A stretch of 32,000 nucleotides of DNA from Moraxella nasovis (GTDB lineage: Bacteria > Pseudomonadota > Gammaproteobacteria > Pseudomonadales > Moraxellaceae): positions 360,001 through 392,000 of the forward strand of contig NZ_CP089976.1 of NCBI RefSeq assembly GCF_022701215.1, read 5' to 3'. This document shows, one piece after another, positions 9,185-17,798 of this stretch (positions are counted from its first letter, which is position 1; each line of letters begins with the position of its first letter). Position numbers and translations under genes: made by a program. Below the pieces are notes generated by a model, which worked only from the letters and a program-made list of their open reading frames with translations, did no database searches and was not told the DNA's origin.

Positions 9185-10216
9185 TTATTCTTTAGGTGGT
9201 GTTGTGTCTACGTTAATGGCATCTTTTAGTAGTGCGTCTGTCACTTGAACACCTTGAGTTTTAGCATGTTTTGGACTAATGTAAAATGTCATGGTATTCA
9301 TTTTGCTTGGTGCAACTTCGCTTGGTGATTTGCCATTTAGGACATCGGCGACTAACTTGGCAGTTACCACACCAAAGTCAAAGTCATTCACCCCAAGGGC
9401 AGCAGTCGCACCACGGCGTACCGAAAATTCATCAGAGGTCAACACTGGCACTTTTTGTTCATTTGCTGCACCGACCAAAGCCTCCATCGCTGATGCTACC
9501 CCATTATCAAGTGACGTGTAGAATAAGTCCACTTTACCTGCTAAAGCACGAGCAGCATCTGCTACATCCGCTGAACGATTGGCTGGCACATCAACCAGCT
9601 CCATGCCACGCTTTGGTAATTCCACAAGCAATCTATCACGAATGCTTACAGAATTCGCTTCACCTGGACTATACACAAAACCAATGCGTTTGGCGTTTGG
9701 CACAACTTTTTTTATCATGTCAATCTGCGGGGCAAGTGGTAATTCGCTTGATAGACCTGTTACGTTAGGCTGAGTTGGTTTACCATCTTCATCCAAGAGC
9801 TTGGCAGCAACAGGGTCTGAGACAGCAGTATAAACAAGGGGGATGCTCTGGGTAACTGCAGCTACTGTCTGGGCTGTTGGCGTGGTAATCGCCACAATTA
9901 CATCAGGATTATCAGCAGCAAATTGCTTGGCGATTTGCCCTGCTGTCGCCATATTGCCTTGAGCAGATTGGAAGTTTACAGTTAGGTTTTGACCGTCTTT
10001 ATAGCCAAGCTCACCTAAGCCATAGATTAAACCCTTACGAATGTCGTTTAAAGAAGGGTGTTCTACAATCGCACTAATGGCGATGGTTTTAGGTTCTTGA
10101 GATGGTTGAGTTACTGGCTCTTGGGCAGTTTGTTCGGTGGCTTGCGGCTTATCTTGCGAACAGCCAAATAAAGCAGCAACTGATAAAGCAATGGCGACAG
10201 GTTTGATGGCTTGCAT
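9185..10216 (-). CDS. ABC transporter substrate-binding lipoprotein (ABC_sub_bind/PF04392-like), paralog 1
   Basis: The ORF-track start at 10228 is TTG inside the SD. ATG at 10216 is preceded by GGAGaaaaag. Signal peptide plus lipobox (LSVAALFGCSQ). Contains the shared block NLTVNFQSAQGN-ATAGQIAKQFAADNP. Confidence 0.85.
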   Translation of the reverse strand: MQAIKPVAIALSVAALFGCSQDKPQATEQTAQEPVTQPSQEPKTIAISAIVEHPSLNDIRKGLIYGLGELGYKDGQNLTVNFQSAQGNMATAGQIAKQFAADNPDVIVAITTPTAQTVAAVTQSIPLVYTAVSDPVAAKLLDEDGKPTQPNVTGLSSELPLAPQIDMIKKVVPNAKRIGFVYSPGEANSVSIRDRLLVELPKRGMELVDVPANRSADVADAARALAGKVDLFYTSLDNGVASAMEALVGAANEQKVPVLTSDEFSVRRGATAALGVNDFDFGVVTAKLVADVLNGKSPSEVAPSKMNTMTFYISPKHAKTQGVQVTDALLKDAINVDTTPPKE

Positions 10217-10366
10217 CTTTTTCTCCAAAAGTAATCAGTCAAAAAACTGATTTGACACTATTTTTAAGTTCCGTTGTGCTGATACATTTGCTTTGTGATG
10301 GTAGCTGATAGTTCGATACAGTTAAACACCCCTAAGCTAACTGGATATTGTATCACAAATTAAGTC

Positions 10367-10394
10367 ATTGTAATAGTCTGTAATAATTCTGCAA
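10367..10394 (-). promoter_or_regulatory. candidate sigma-70 promoter of the ABC importer operon
   Basis: The minus strand reads TTGCAG (10394..10389), a 16-nt spacer, then TACAAT (10372..10367). This implies a leader of about 145 nt. Confidence 0.35.
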
Positions 10395-10400
10395 TCCAAT

Positions 10401-10444
10401 AAAAAGCAAAACCTCAAGAATTAACTTGGGGTTTTGCTCTTTTG
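10401..10444 (-). terminator. rho-independent terminator downstream of the orphan lipoprotein gene
   Basis: GCAAAACCTCAAG(10406-10418)-aattaa-CTTGGGGTTTTGC(10425-10437) forms a 13-bp stem with one G-T pair. A-run on the left (T-run on the minus strand). Confidence 0.65.
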
Positions 10445-10451
10445 TAGGAAG

Positions 10452-11414
10452 TTAGTAGGTCTCGTCACTCTCTACAATAGTCAGCTCAAGATCACCTGTG
10501 GCAGAAGAAGTAGCTTGTGTTGGCACAGCTTTTGGCTCAGGCTTAGTCTCAGGCTCAAGTTTAGGTTTTGGCTTAGTTTCAGCTTTAGTCTTAGTTTCAG
10601 GCTCAAGTTTAGGCTTTGGCTCTGATTTTACCACTGGCTTAGGCTCTGCTCGTGCGTCATTTTTTGGTTCAGCTCTAACCTGCGTTTTTGGCTCAAGCTT
10701 AGGTTTTGGTATTGACTGTACTTCAAGGCGATTTGATGTTTCATTGCTTTGAGACTCATACATCATCTCATCAGCACGTGATGAATCAAGCGTTTCAGTC
10801 TCTAATACTCGTGGCTGCAAAGTCGCTTGAAAGCTTGACGCACCTTGATTGACTGCCGCTACAAGGATATGTGCCACAAGCGTTGTCGCTGCTTTATCGT
10901 GTAGATTAGCCTGCTCACTATTTAATGCATAGCTGACATCATTTGCAATCACACGTCCGCCGATTAAGGCTGCATTGACTTGAATCGCTTGTTCTTGTAA
11001 GGTGGGCAATCCATATTGGGTAAATAAACCATCTGCTGCCTTAACATCCTGTGGCGATAACTCAAACACCACATCAGCACTGCAATCGCCATGCTGATTG
11101 ACGACATTTTGCAGTTTGATGGCAATGTTGTCAATTTTATGGCGGACAAGTCCATCAAGCTCGTCATCTTGGGAAACTTGGTGTTCTTGAACAATTAATA
11201 ATGCTTCAGCAAGCAAGGTCTGACGCACCGCATCAACAAGGCGATATTGATTCACCGCTGCATCACACATCACATCAACATCTTGTAAAACTGGCTCAAT
11301 GACAACATCTTCGCCAAACTCTTCATTCTCTTTAGGTTTATCGCAGCCCACTAAAGTTAATGCCACTAGCGTAGGCACAGCGATTGATTGTTTTAGTAAT
11401 TGTTGTATTTTCAT
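10452..11414 (-). CDS. orphan lipoprotein with C-terminal Pro/Lys/Glu-rich repeat region, function unknown
   Basis: 320 aa with ATG start. Signal peptide plus lipobox (LVALTLVGC24-D). A globular region of about 200 aa is followed by a low-complexity EPKPKLEPETK-type repeat tract and a short acidic C-terminus (DLELTIVESDETY). Confidence 0.7.
   Translation of the reverse strand: MKIQQLLKQSIAVPTLVALTLVGCDKPKENEEFGEDVVIEPVLQDVDVMCDAAVNQYRLVDAVRQTLLAEALLIVQEHQVSQDDELDGLVRHKIDNIAIKLQNVVNQHGDCSADVVFELSPQDVKAADGLFTQYGLPTLQEQAIQVNAALIGGRVIANDVSYALNSEQANLHDKAATTLVAHILVAAVNQGASSFQATLQPRVLETETLDSSRADEMMYESQSNETSNRLEVQSIPKPKLEPKTQVRAEPKNDARAEPKPVVKSEPKPKLEPETKTKAETKPKPKLEPETKPEPKAVPTQATSSATGDLELTIVESDETY
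10542..10619. repeat. 48-bp-period intragenic direct repeat encoding the KPKLEPETK units
   Basis: CTTAGTCTCAGGCTCAAGTTTAGGTTTTGG (10542-10571) versus CTTAGTTTCAGGCTCAAGTTTAGGCTTTGG (10590-10619) match at 28/30. A third degenerate copy (GGCTCAAGCTTAGGTTTTGG) lies at about 10690-10709. Confidence 0.75.
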
Positions 11415-11484
11415 ATTTATACCCGTCGCTTTGACCGTAATTTACCCATCACGTTTGCAATGTGTTAAAATTGATAACCGAAAG

Positions 11485-11493
11485 ATTATAGCA
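11485..11493 (-). promoter_or_regulatory. candidate extended -10 promoter (TGCTATAAT) for the lipoprotein gene
   Basis: The reverse complement of ATTATAGCA (11485-11493) is TGCTATAAT, about 70 nt upstream of the ATG at 11414. Confidence 0.35.
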
Positions 11494-11584
11494 CAGCTTT
11501 TATCATGGTGGATACTGCCTGATTGATAATTATCGTGTATCTTTATCGTAAATTATGTTTATATTTGTAAAGGAATTCGCTGTT

Positions 11585-12382
11585 ATGTCACACCATCAGC
11601 ACGATCGTAATTTTGATGCCATTGCCGACCATTTTGCCAAAAAAGTCTATGGCGGACTAAAGGGACAAATTCGTCTTGCTGTACTTAGCCACGACATATC
11701 ACAAACTGTAAAAATACTCACCAAAAAGCTAAATCGCCCACTAAGAGTATTAGATGTGGGTGCAGGACTTGCCCAAATAAGCCTTGGGCTTGCCCAACAA
11801 GGTCATCACTGCACCATTAATGACATCTCAGGCAACCTACTAAATATGGCACGCCAAAATGCTTTTGATTTAGGTATAGATACAGTAAATTTGCGTTTTA
11901 TTCATTGCCCTTACCAACAGCTGTCCAAAAAGATAACTGGAGAGCAGTTTGACTTAATTTTATGCCATGCAGTGCTTGAATGGCTTGATAAGCCTGAAGA
12001 TATTATGGGGTTTTTTGATGATCATCTACACCCAGATGGGGCGTTATCTTTGTGCTTTTATAATCCTGCCAGTAAAATCTATCGCAATCTAGTTATGGGG
12101 AATTTTCACCATCTAAACACACCAAAACCTGCCGATAATAAAAGCTTAACGCCCAATCACCCTGTTGAGCCAACAAAAGTATCAGACTGGCTAAATAGAC
12201 ATCACTACACCATCAGACTAAAGTCAGGCATTCGAAACTTTAGCGATTACACACCCCTAAAGCGTGGCGGGCTTGCCAACACCGAAGATGTCATTGCCAT
12301 GGAGCTAAAATACAGCAGGCAAGAGCCGTTTTGTCGCATGGGTCGCTACTTACACATCATAGCAACTAAAGATGATGAATAA
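11585..12382 (+). CDS. cmoM: SAM-dependent tRNA methyltransferase CmoM (SmtA family)
   Basis: Colinear with E. coli CmoM: DRNFDAIADHF, SAM motif VLDVGAGLAQ, HAVLEWL, SRQEP--MGRYLHI. I chose ATG 11585 (MSHHQHDRNF, AAGGA upstream) because it matches the E. coli N-terminus better than ATG 11555. Confidence 0.8.
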   Translation: MSHHQHDRNFDAIADHFAKKVYGGLKGQIRLAVLSHDISQTVKILTKKLNRPLRVLDVGAGLAQISLGLAQQGHHCTINDISGNLLNMARQNAFDLGIDTVNLRFIHCPYQQLSKKITGEQFDLILCHAVLEWLDKPEDIMGFFDDHLHPDGALSLCFYNPASKIYRNLVMGNFHHLNTPKPADNKSLTPNHPVEPTKVSDWLNRHHYTIRLKSGIRNFSDYTPLKRGGLANTEDVIAMELKYSRQEPFCRMGRYLHIIATKDDE

Positions 12383-12388
12383 ATGCCG

Positions 12389-13111
12389 TCATCCCAACCA
12401 ATGCCCAAGCACTGCACTGACCGCACTTTCTGTTCTTAAGATTCGCTTACCAAGACTGACAGATAGCACGCCAACTGAACCAAGCAAATCAATCTCATAA
12501 GGGATAAATCCACCTTCAGCTCCGATAATGACCACCTTAGGCAGTTCTGTTTTTATATTTATTGCCATACTGTCGGTAAAAGTTTGCGTAGCATAAGGAT
12601 GAAATACCACCGCTTGCCCTGCCATCAAGCTTGGCAATTCATCTTGTACAAAAGGCTTAAATCTTTTGGCGAGCGTTATTTTTGGTGGTACGCTATCCAC
12701 ACCTTGAGATAAGCCTTCTATCACAAATTCATCTAGCCTTTGTAATAGTGGCGAACCCCAGTAGCTTTTATCTGTGCGATAGCTGTTTAAAAGTACGATG
12801 TGATCGACGCCCATCGCTGTCATGTCTATCATCAGCCGTCTTAGCACCTTTGGGCGTGGCAGAGCCAATATCACAGTAACGTCAAGCTTAGGCGGTGGCA
12901 ACTGATCAAGACATACATCGGATAAAACCACGCTCTCATCAGTTAGGTGTTGCACCTTGCCAACACCCATTAATCCATTGATTTTAGCAATTTTTAGCCA
13001 GTCTCCCACGCTAGGCTTTAGCACATTTTGAATGTGTGTGATGATGTTTGCCTTGGTGATAATGGCAGAGTTTTGATTAAAACAACTTTCTTTTAATACA
13101 ATAACATTCAC
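12389..13111 (-). CDS. rsmE: RsmE-family 16S rRNA (uracil-N3) methyltransferase
   Basis: 240 aa with a GTG start one nt after the waaA stop. C-terminal SPOUT motifs IIGAEGGFIPYE and LGKRILRTESA are typical of RsmE. The N-terminal half is divergent. Confidence 0.72.
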   Translation of the reverse strand: MNVIVLKESCFNQNSAIITKANIITHIQNVLKPSVGDWLKIAKINGLMGVGKVQHLTDESVVLSDVCLDQLPPPKLDVTVILALPRPKVLRRLMIDMTAMGVDHIVLLNSYRTDKSYWGSPLLQRLDEFVIEGLSQGVDSVPPKITLAKRFKPFVQDELPSLMAGQAVVFHPYATQTFTDSMAINIKTELPKVVIIGAEGGFIPYEIDLLGSVGVLSVSLGKRILRTESAVSAVLGHWLG

Positions 13112-13112
13112 A

Positions 13113-14456
13113 TTACGCCTGCTTATCTTGGTTATATTCAGACATCAGCACCGCTAACAGCTTGTCCGCCATACGCTGGGCGATGTCTGAGTTTTGGCAA
13201 ACTAACTGTTTAGCCGCTTGCCCTGCCCTACTGGCTTTTTGCTTATCGCTAAACCAATCGCTGGCAAATGCCGCCACATCACAAGCATCATCTGCTTGTA
13301 CTAATGCATGAGCTGCCGCTAAGCTTTCTACCAGCGTTTCGCAGTTTTTGACAAATTTACCCATAATAATAGGCTTACCAAGGCTTGCAGGCTCTATCGG
13401 ATTATGCCCACCCATGTCAAGAAAAGACCCCGCTACTAAAGCTACATCAGCCAAGGCATACCACACCATAAGCTCACCCATACTGTCTGCCAGATACACC
13501 GCTGTCTTATGACTTATCATCTCATCTAAGGAGCGACGTGCTACATCAAACCCACTATCATAACATAAGCCAGCAACCGCATTAAACCGCTCAGGGTGGC
13601 GGGGAACAATAATCAGCAAAGCATCTGGGTGCTTTTTTCGTATCATTTTATGGGCTTGTAATACCAAAGCTTCTTCAGTGTCGTGCGTACTTGCCGCTAC
13701 CCAAACAGGTCTATCAGCTAACTGCGATGCCACACTTTCAAGCAGCTTTTTGTGGTTGATAGACGGCTTTGCAAAGCTTGCCCACTTTAAAGAATCCATT
13801 TGACAAATACGATCTTCATCTATACCAAGCTGTAAAAATCGCCGAACAGAAGCGGTGTCTTGAGCGATGATATAAGATAGATTATCCATCATAGAACGGC
13901 TGATTTTACCAAACCTAGCATAACCATCAAATGATTTTTGGGTTAAGCGAGCGTTAATCATCACTGAGCTGATTTTACGATTTTTAAGTTCGTAAAGCGT
14001 ATTTGCCCACAATTCAGTCTCAACAAATACCGCCATAACGGGGCGAACATGACCTAAAAATCGCCTAACCGTCGCCAAATCATCTACAGGCACAAAACTA
14101 TGCGACACCGTCTGGTTATTGATTTGCTCAGCAAACAGCACCTTCACCCTATCAAAGCCTGTCTGGGTCGTGCTGGTAATCCACAAGCAAAAACCACGCT
14201 GTAATAAGATTTTTAGCAGTGGATAAGCAGTATTAATCTCACCAAGCGATACGGCATGACACCATATCACCAAAGCGTTAGGCGTTGATTTTGGCGAAGG
14301 TATATACCCTTTGCCAAAACGCTCTTGCACTTGTGCCTGATAGGTGGGCTTATGGTGAGATTTACGGTAAACGATCCATCGGTAAATCGGCTTGGCAGCA
14401 GCAATAATCCATACATAATACCAAGGTGGTCTGGTCGCTTGATTGGTATTATGCAT
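13113..14456 (-). CDS. waaA: 3-deoxy-D-manno-octulosonic acid (Kdo) transferase
   Basis: 447 aa, colinear with E. coli WaaA: HAVSLGE, ETELW, INARL, VPRHPERF, DSMGEL, GGHNPIEP. Its ATG overlaps the pepN stop (TAATG). Confidence 0.9.
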   Translation of the reverse strand: MHNTNQATRPPWYYVWIIAAAKPIYRWIVYRKSHHKPTYQAQVQERFGKGYIPSPKSTPNALVIWCHAVSLGEINTAYPLLKILLQRGFCLWITSTTQTGFDRVKVLFAEQINNQTVSHSFVPVDDLATVRRFLGHVRPVMAVFVETELWANTLYELKNRKISSVMINARLTQKSFDGYARFGKISRSMMDNLSYIIAQDTASVRRFLQLGIDEDRICQMDSLKWASFAKPSINHKKLLESVASQLADRPVWVAASTHDTEEALVLQAHKMIRKKHPDALLIIVPRHPERFNAVAGLCYDSGFDVARRSLDEMISHKTAVYLADSMGELMVWYALADVALVAGSFLDMGGHNPIEPASLGKPIIMGKFVKNCETLVESLAAAHALVQADDACDVAAFASDWFSDKQKASRAGQAAKQLVCQNSDIAQRMADKLLAVLMSEYNQDKQA

Positions 14457-17041
14457 TAGTTTGCTTCTAACATACTGCCTAAAAACTCAAGCACATTCTT
14501 TGAGCTTGCCGTCTGTTTTAAAGCGATTAAGCGTGCTTGAACCATCTGCTTGTCTACCTTGCCCAATGTGTACCAACGAGCCAATGCCGATAGAATACGA
14601 GACGCTAACACAGGGTTGATAACATCAAGCCGTGCAACTGCAGAAAGATACAGATCTACGCCTTCTTGGGTCCAAAGCTCTGTTGGCTTGGCAGCAAGTG
14701 CACCTAAGGTGGTACGCACACGATTTGGGGTATTCCAGTCATAATCATCTCGCTTCATCAGCACATCAATATCAGCGACGCTTGCCATCGGTGAAGCTGC
14801 TTGTGCATGAAACCACAGATCCACCACCAAATCTTCATCTTTAAATCGCTCATAAAAATCTGCAACATAAGCTTGCTTTTTAGGCAGATTAAAATTAATC
14901 ATCGCCGATAACGCTCCGATTCGCTCGCTCATGCAAGTGGCATTGTCATATTGATGATAAGCCCAAGATACAGCCAAAACTTGCTGTGCGGTTAATGCCA
15001 AATCAAGCAGCACATTGCGTAATAGTCTTTGGCCTTGGGCATTTGGCGTATCACTATAAGTGGTGATTGGTAGCTTGTTATACCATCGGACAATATCGTC
15101 GCTTAGGGCATAAGCCAATTGCTGCTTTAACGCATCACGCACAGCTTTTACATGCTTTGGATCATAATCTTGATCATAACCAAGTGCCAGCTCTTTTTGG
15201 CTTGGTATATCAAACAATCTAGCAGCCAGCATAGGATCGACATCGATAAGCTCATCAACTGCACTTTTTAATGAGTCAATCCACACATCTACAGCATCAG
15301 ATTTACCCGATAACAATCGATTTACTAAGGACTGCACGGCTTGCCAACGGTTAAAGCCTTCAGTTTCAAACTTAACCAGCTTTGCCAAATCGCTATCAGA
15401 ATAGTTAAAGTCAATCTGCACAGGTGCTGAAAAATTACGCAGCACCGAAACGACAGGCTTAGCATCAGCACTAAGCTTAACATTCTTAAACTCAAAATCT
15501 TGAGTTTCTTTTGTTAATAATAGCATCTGCTCACCTAAAATCTCACCTGTATTGCCATCAAAAATCGCTGTATTAACAGGGATTGGTAGGACAGTTGGCG
15601 ACCCAAAACCTGCGACTTGGCGTGTGTACTGAGATAAAGTAACAACCAGCGTATCATTATCAGCCATCTGATAACGACCAGACACCACAGGTGTGCCAGG
15701 CTGCTGATACCAAGCCATAAAATCAAGCACTCGGCTATCTGCTGTCGCCATCGCTGACAAGAAATCTTCTACCGTTACCGCCTGCCCATCATAACGGCGA
15801 AAATACTCGTCAGCACCTTGGCGAAATTTATTTTCTCCAAGTAAATTGGCAATCATACGGACAATCTCCGCCCCTTTTTCATAGACAGTTGCGGTGTAAA
15901 AATTATTAATCTCCACAAAGCTATCAGGACGCACAGGGTGGGATAGCACGCCTGCATCTTCTGGAAATTGGGTTGCTTTTAGTGTTGATACTTCATCAAT
16001 TCGCTGTACAGCCGCCGAACGAAAATCTGCCGAAAAACTCTGATCACGAAAAACTGTAAATCCTTCTTTTAGGCACAGCTGAAACCAATCACGGCAAGTA
16101 ATGCGGTTGCCAGTCCAGTTATGAAAATACTCATGGGCAATCACCGCCTTCACAAAAAAACTACGCTCATCGGTGGTCGTCTCTGGGCTTGATAGTGTAC
16201 AAGATGTATTAAAGATGTTTAAACCCTTATTTTCCATCGCTCCCATATTAAACTGCCCCGTCGCCACGATCATATAGCGATCTAAGTCATAGGCACGCCC
16301 ATAATTTTCTTCATCCCAGCGCATGGCATCTTTGAGAGCTTGCATAGCGACATGACATTTATCAATGTCTGCTTTGTCAGCATAAATTTCAAGCAAAACC
16401 TCTCGATTGTCAATTGTGGTGTAACTGTCTTGCATAACTTTTAGATCAGCGATTACGCAAGCAAATAAATAGCTAGGCTTTTTGGTAGGATCTTCCCAAA
16501 TGGCATAATGACGACCGCCATCTATCTCACCCATCTCTATTAGGTTACCGTTGGCTAATAAAGTTGGGTATTTCTTATCAGCCTCCACCCGTGTGGTGTA
16601 GACAGTCAAAACATCAGGGCGGTCGGGGAAAAAGGTAATTTTACGAAAGCCTTCTGGCTCGCACTGAGTAACAAACATCGCTTCATCGCCTGTGCCTGCT
16701 TGATACAAGCCCTCAAGCGTCGTATTTGTCTGTGGTGTGATACGAACTACCGTCTCTACACAAGCTACATCTGGTGCATGAGAAATGGTCAGACTCTCAT
16801 CATCAAGCGTATAATCATCTTTTGTTAAAGCAGTGCCGTTTAGCTTGATTTGCTCTAACTTTAATCCACGCCCAAATAACACCAAGTCGCCTGCAGTTTG
16901 GCGGACCATCTTAAGCTTGGCTTTAACGGTCGCGTATTGCTCAAACAAACTAATGTCTAGATCAATACTCTCCACACTAAATACAGGTGGTGTGTAATCT
17001 TTTAGGTAGATTTTTTTAGGGTTGTTATTTAAAACCGACAT
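14456..17041 (-). CDS. pepN: aminopeptidase N (M1 family)
   Basis: 861 aa. GAMEN exopeptidase motif and HEYFHNWTGNR-x-CRDWFQLCLKEG zinc motif. SD AAAGGAAAtttgtATG. Confidence 0.95.
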   Translation of the reverse strand: MSVLNNNPKKIYLKDYTPPVFSVESIDLDISLFEQYATVKAKLKMVRQTAGDLVLFGRGLKLEQIKLNGTALTKDDYTLDDESLTISHAPDVACVETVVRITPQTNTTLEGLYQAGTGDEAMFVTQCEPEGFRKITFFPDRPDVLTVYTTRVEADKKYPTLLANGNLIEMGEIDGGRHYAIWEDPTKKPSYLFACVIADLKVMQDSYTTIDNREVLLEIYADKADIDKCHVAMQALKDAMRWDEENYGRAYDLDRYMIVATGQFNMGAMENKGLNIFNTSCTLSSPETTTDERSFFVKAVIAHEYFHNWTGNRITCRDWFQLCLKEGFTVFRDQSFSADFRSAAVQRIDEVSTLKATQFPEDAGVLSHPVRPDSFVEINNFYTATVYEKGAEIVRMIANLLGENKFRQGADEYFRRYDGQAVTVEDFLSAMATADSRVLDFMAWYQQPGTPVVSGRYQMADNDTLVVTLSQYTRQVAGFGSPTVLPIPVNTAIFDGNTGEILGEQMLLLTKETQDFEFKNVKLSADAKPVVSVLRNFSAPVQIDFNYSDSDLAKLVKFETEGFNRWQAVQSLVNRLLSGKSDAVDVWIDSLKSAVDELIDVDPMLAARLFDIPSQKELALGYDQDYDPKHVKAVRDALKQQLAYALSDDIVRWYNKLPITTYSDTPNAQGQRLLRNVLLDLALTAQQVLAVSWAYHQYDNATCMSERIGALSAMINFNLPKKQAYVADFYERFKDEDLVVDLWFHAQAASPMASVADIDVLMKRDDYDWNTPNRVRTTLGALAAKPTELWTQEGVDLYLSAVARLDVINPVLASRILSALARWYTLGKVDKQMVQARLIALKQTASSKNVLEFLGSMLEAN

Positions 17042-17119
17042 ACAAATTTCCTTTATGTTATTTAAGATACGCCATCACCTTAACCGATGGCAGATACATT
17101 TTACCCACAATACATCCAT

Positions 17120-17155
17120 AAAAAAGCCAGTCATGTTAGCAATTTGACTGGCTTA
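17120..17155 (-). terminator. rho-independent terminator downstream of fur
   Basis: AAGCCAGTCA(17124-17133)/TGACTGGCTT(17145-17154) forms a perfect 10-bp stem. An A-run lies 5' on the plus strand, which is a T-run on the minus strand. Confidence 0.7.
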
Positions 17156-17196
17156 TCATAGATAAATACCGTAGATAAATGCCGTTATTTTAGCGT

Positions 17197-17628
17197 TTAT
17201 TCAAGCGTCTTTTGGCATTCTGGACTATCACATACGCCGTACAGCACAAGCGAATGACCAGACAGTTTAAAATTGCACTCTTTAGCAACCTTGTGCTGCT
17301 CTTCTTCGATTACTTGATTATGAAACTCAATAATCTTTCCGCATACATCACAAACCAAATGGTCGTGGTGTTCATCTTGAACAATCTCAAATACTGATAA
17401 ATTGTTCTCAAAATTATGACGCTCTACAATGCCTGCTTGCTCAAACTGAGTAAGTACTCGATATACCGTAGCCAGACCAACATCTTCACCCTGCTCTGCA
17501 AGCGCCCTGTACACACCTTCAGCACTCATATGATGATGCTCAGCATTCTCTAGTAACTCTAGAATCTTAATTCGTGGCAATGTTACCTTAAGTCCTGCCT
17601 TGCGTAAATCTTTATTGGTAAAAGCCAT
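17197..17628 (-). CDS. fur: ferric uptake regulator
   Basis: 143 aa. Winged-helix N-terminus (ATVYRVLTQFEQAGIV), metal sites HHDHLVC-x2-CG and a C-terminal CxxC. SD AAAGGGTGatatATG. Confidence 0.95.
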   Translation of the reverse strand: MAFTNKDLRKAGLKVTLPRIKILELLENAEHHHMSAEGVYRALAEQGEDVGLATVYRVLTQFEQAGIVERHNFENNLSVFEIVQDEHHDHLVCDVCGKIIEFHNQVIEEEQHKVAKECNFKLSGHSLVLYGVCDSPECQKTLE

Positions 17629-17737
17629 ATATCACCCTTTTTCGTTGTTTATCTTAATAATTTAACACAATTTGGGGAAATTTTATACCCAAAAAATCAA
17701 AAATCCACATCAAAATCCTATACATATTTGAAAAAAC

Positions 17738-17766
17738 TTGCATATTTAGACAGTTATCGTTAATAT
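17738..17766 (+). promoter_or_regulatory. candidate sigma-70 promoter of bamE
   Basis: TTGCAT (17738-17743), a 17-nt spacer, then TAATAT (17761-17766). It overlaps the ORF-track TTG start at 17766, which argues against that start. Confidence 0.45.
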
Positions 17767-17798
17767 TGCTGCATCTTTTAAAGTTTTATGGATTTATC

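Noticed and set aside
9286-9773. 160-aa, 76-aa and 64-aa plus-strand ORFs
   Set aside because: They are antisense to the binding-protein gene. The peptides are low-complexity and His/Gln/Leu-rich, with no start context.
10434-10752. 63-aa and 84-aa plus-strand ORFs (SLRLKFRFWLSF..., GSGLVSGSSLGFG...)
   Set aside because: They are the mirror image of the Pro/Lys/Glu repeat tract of the minus-strand lipoprotein gene, so the repeat periodicity keeps the antisense frames open by accident.
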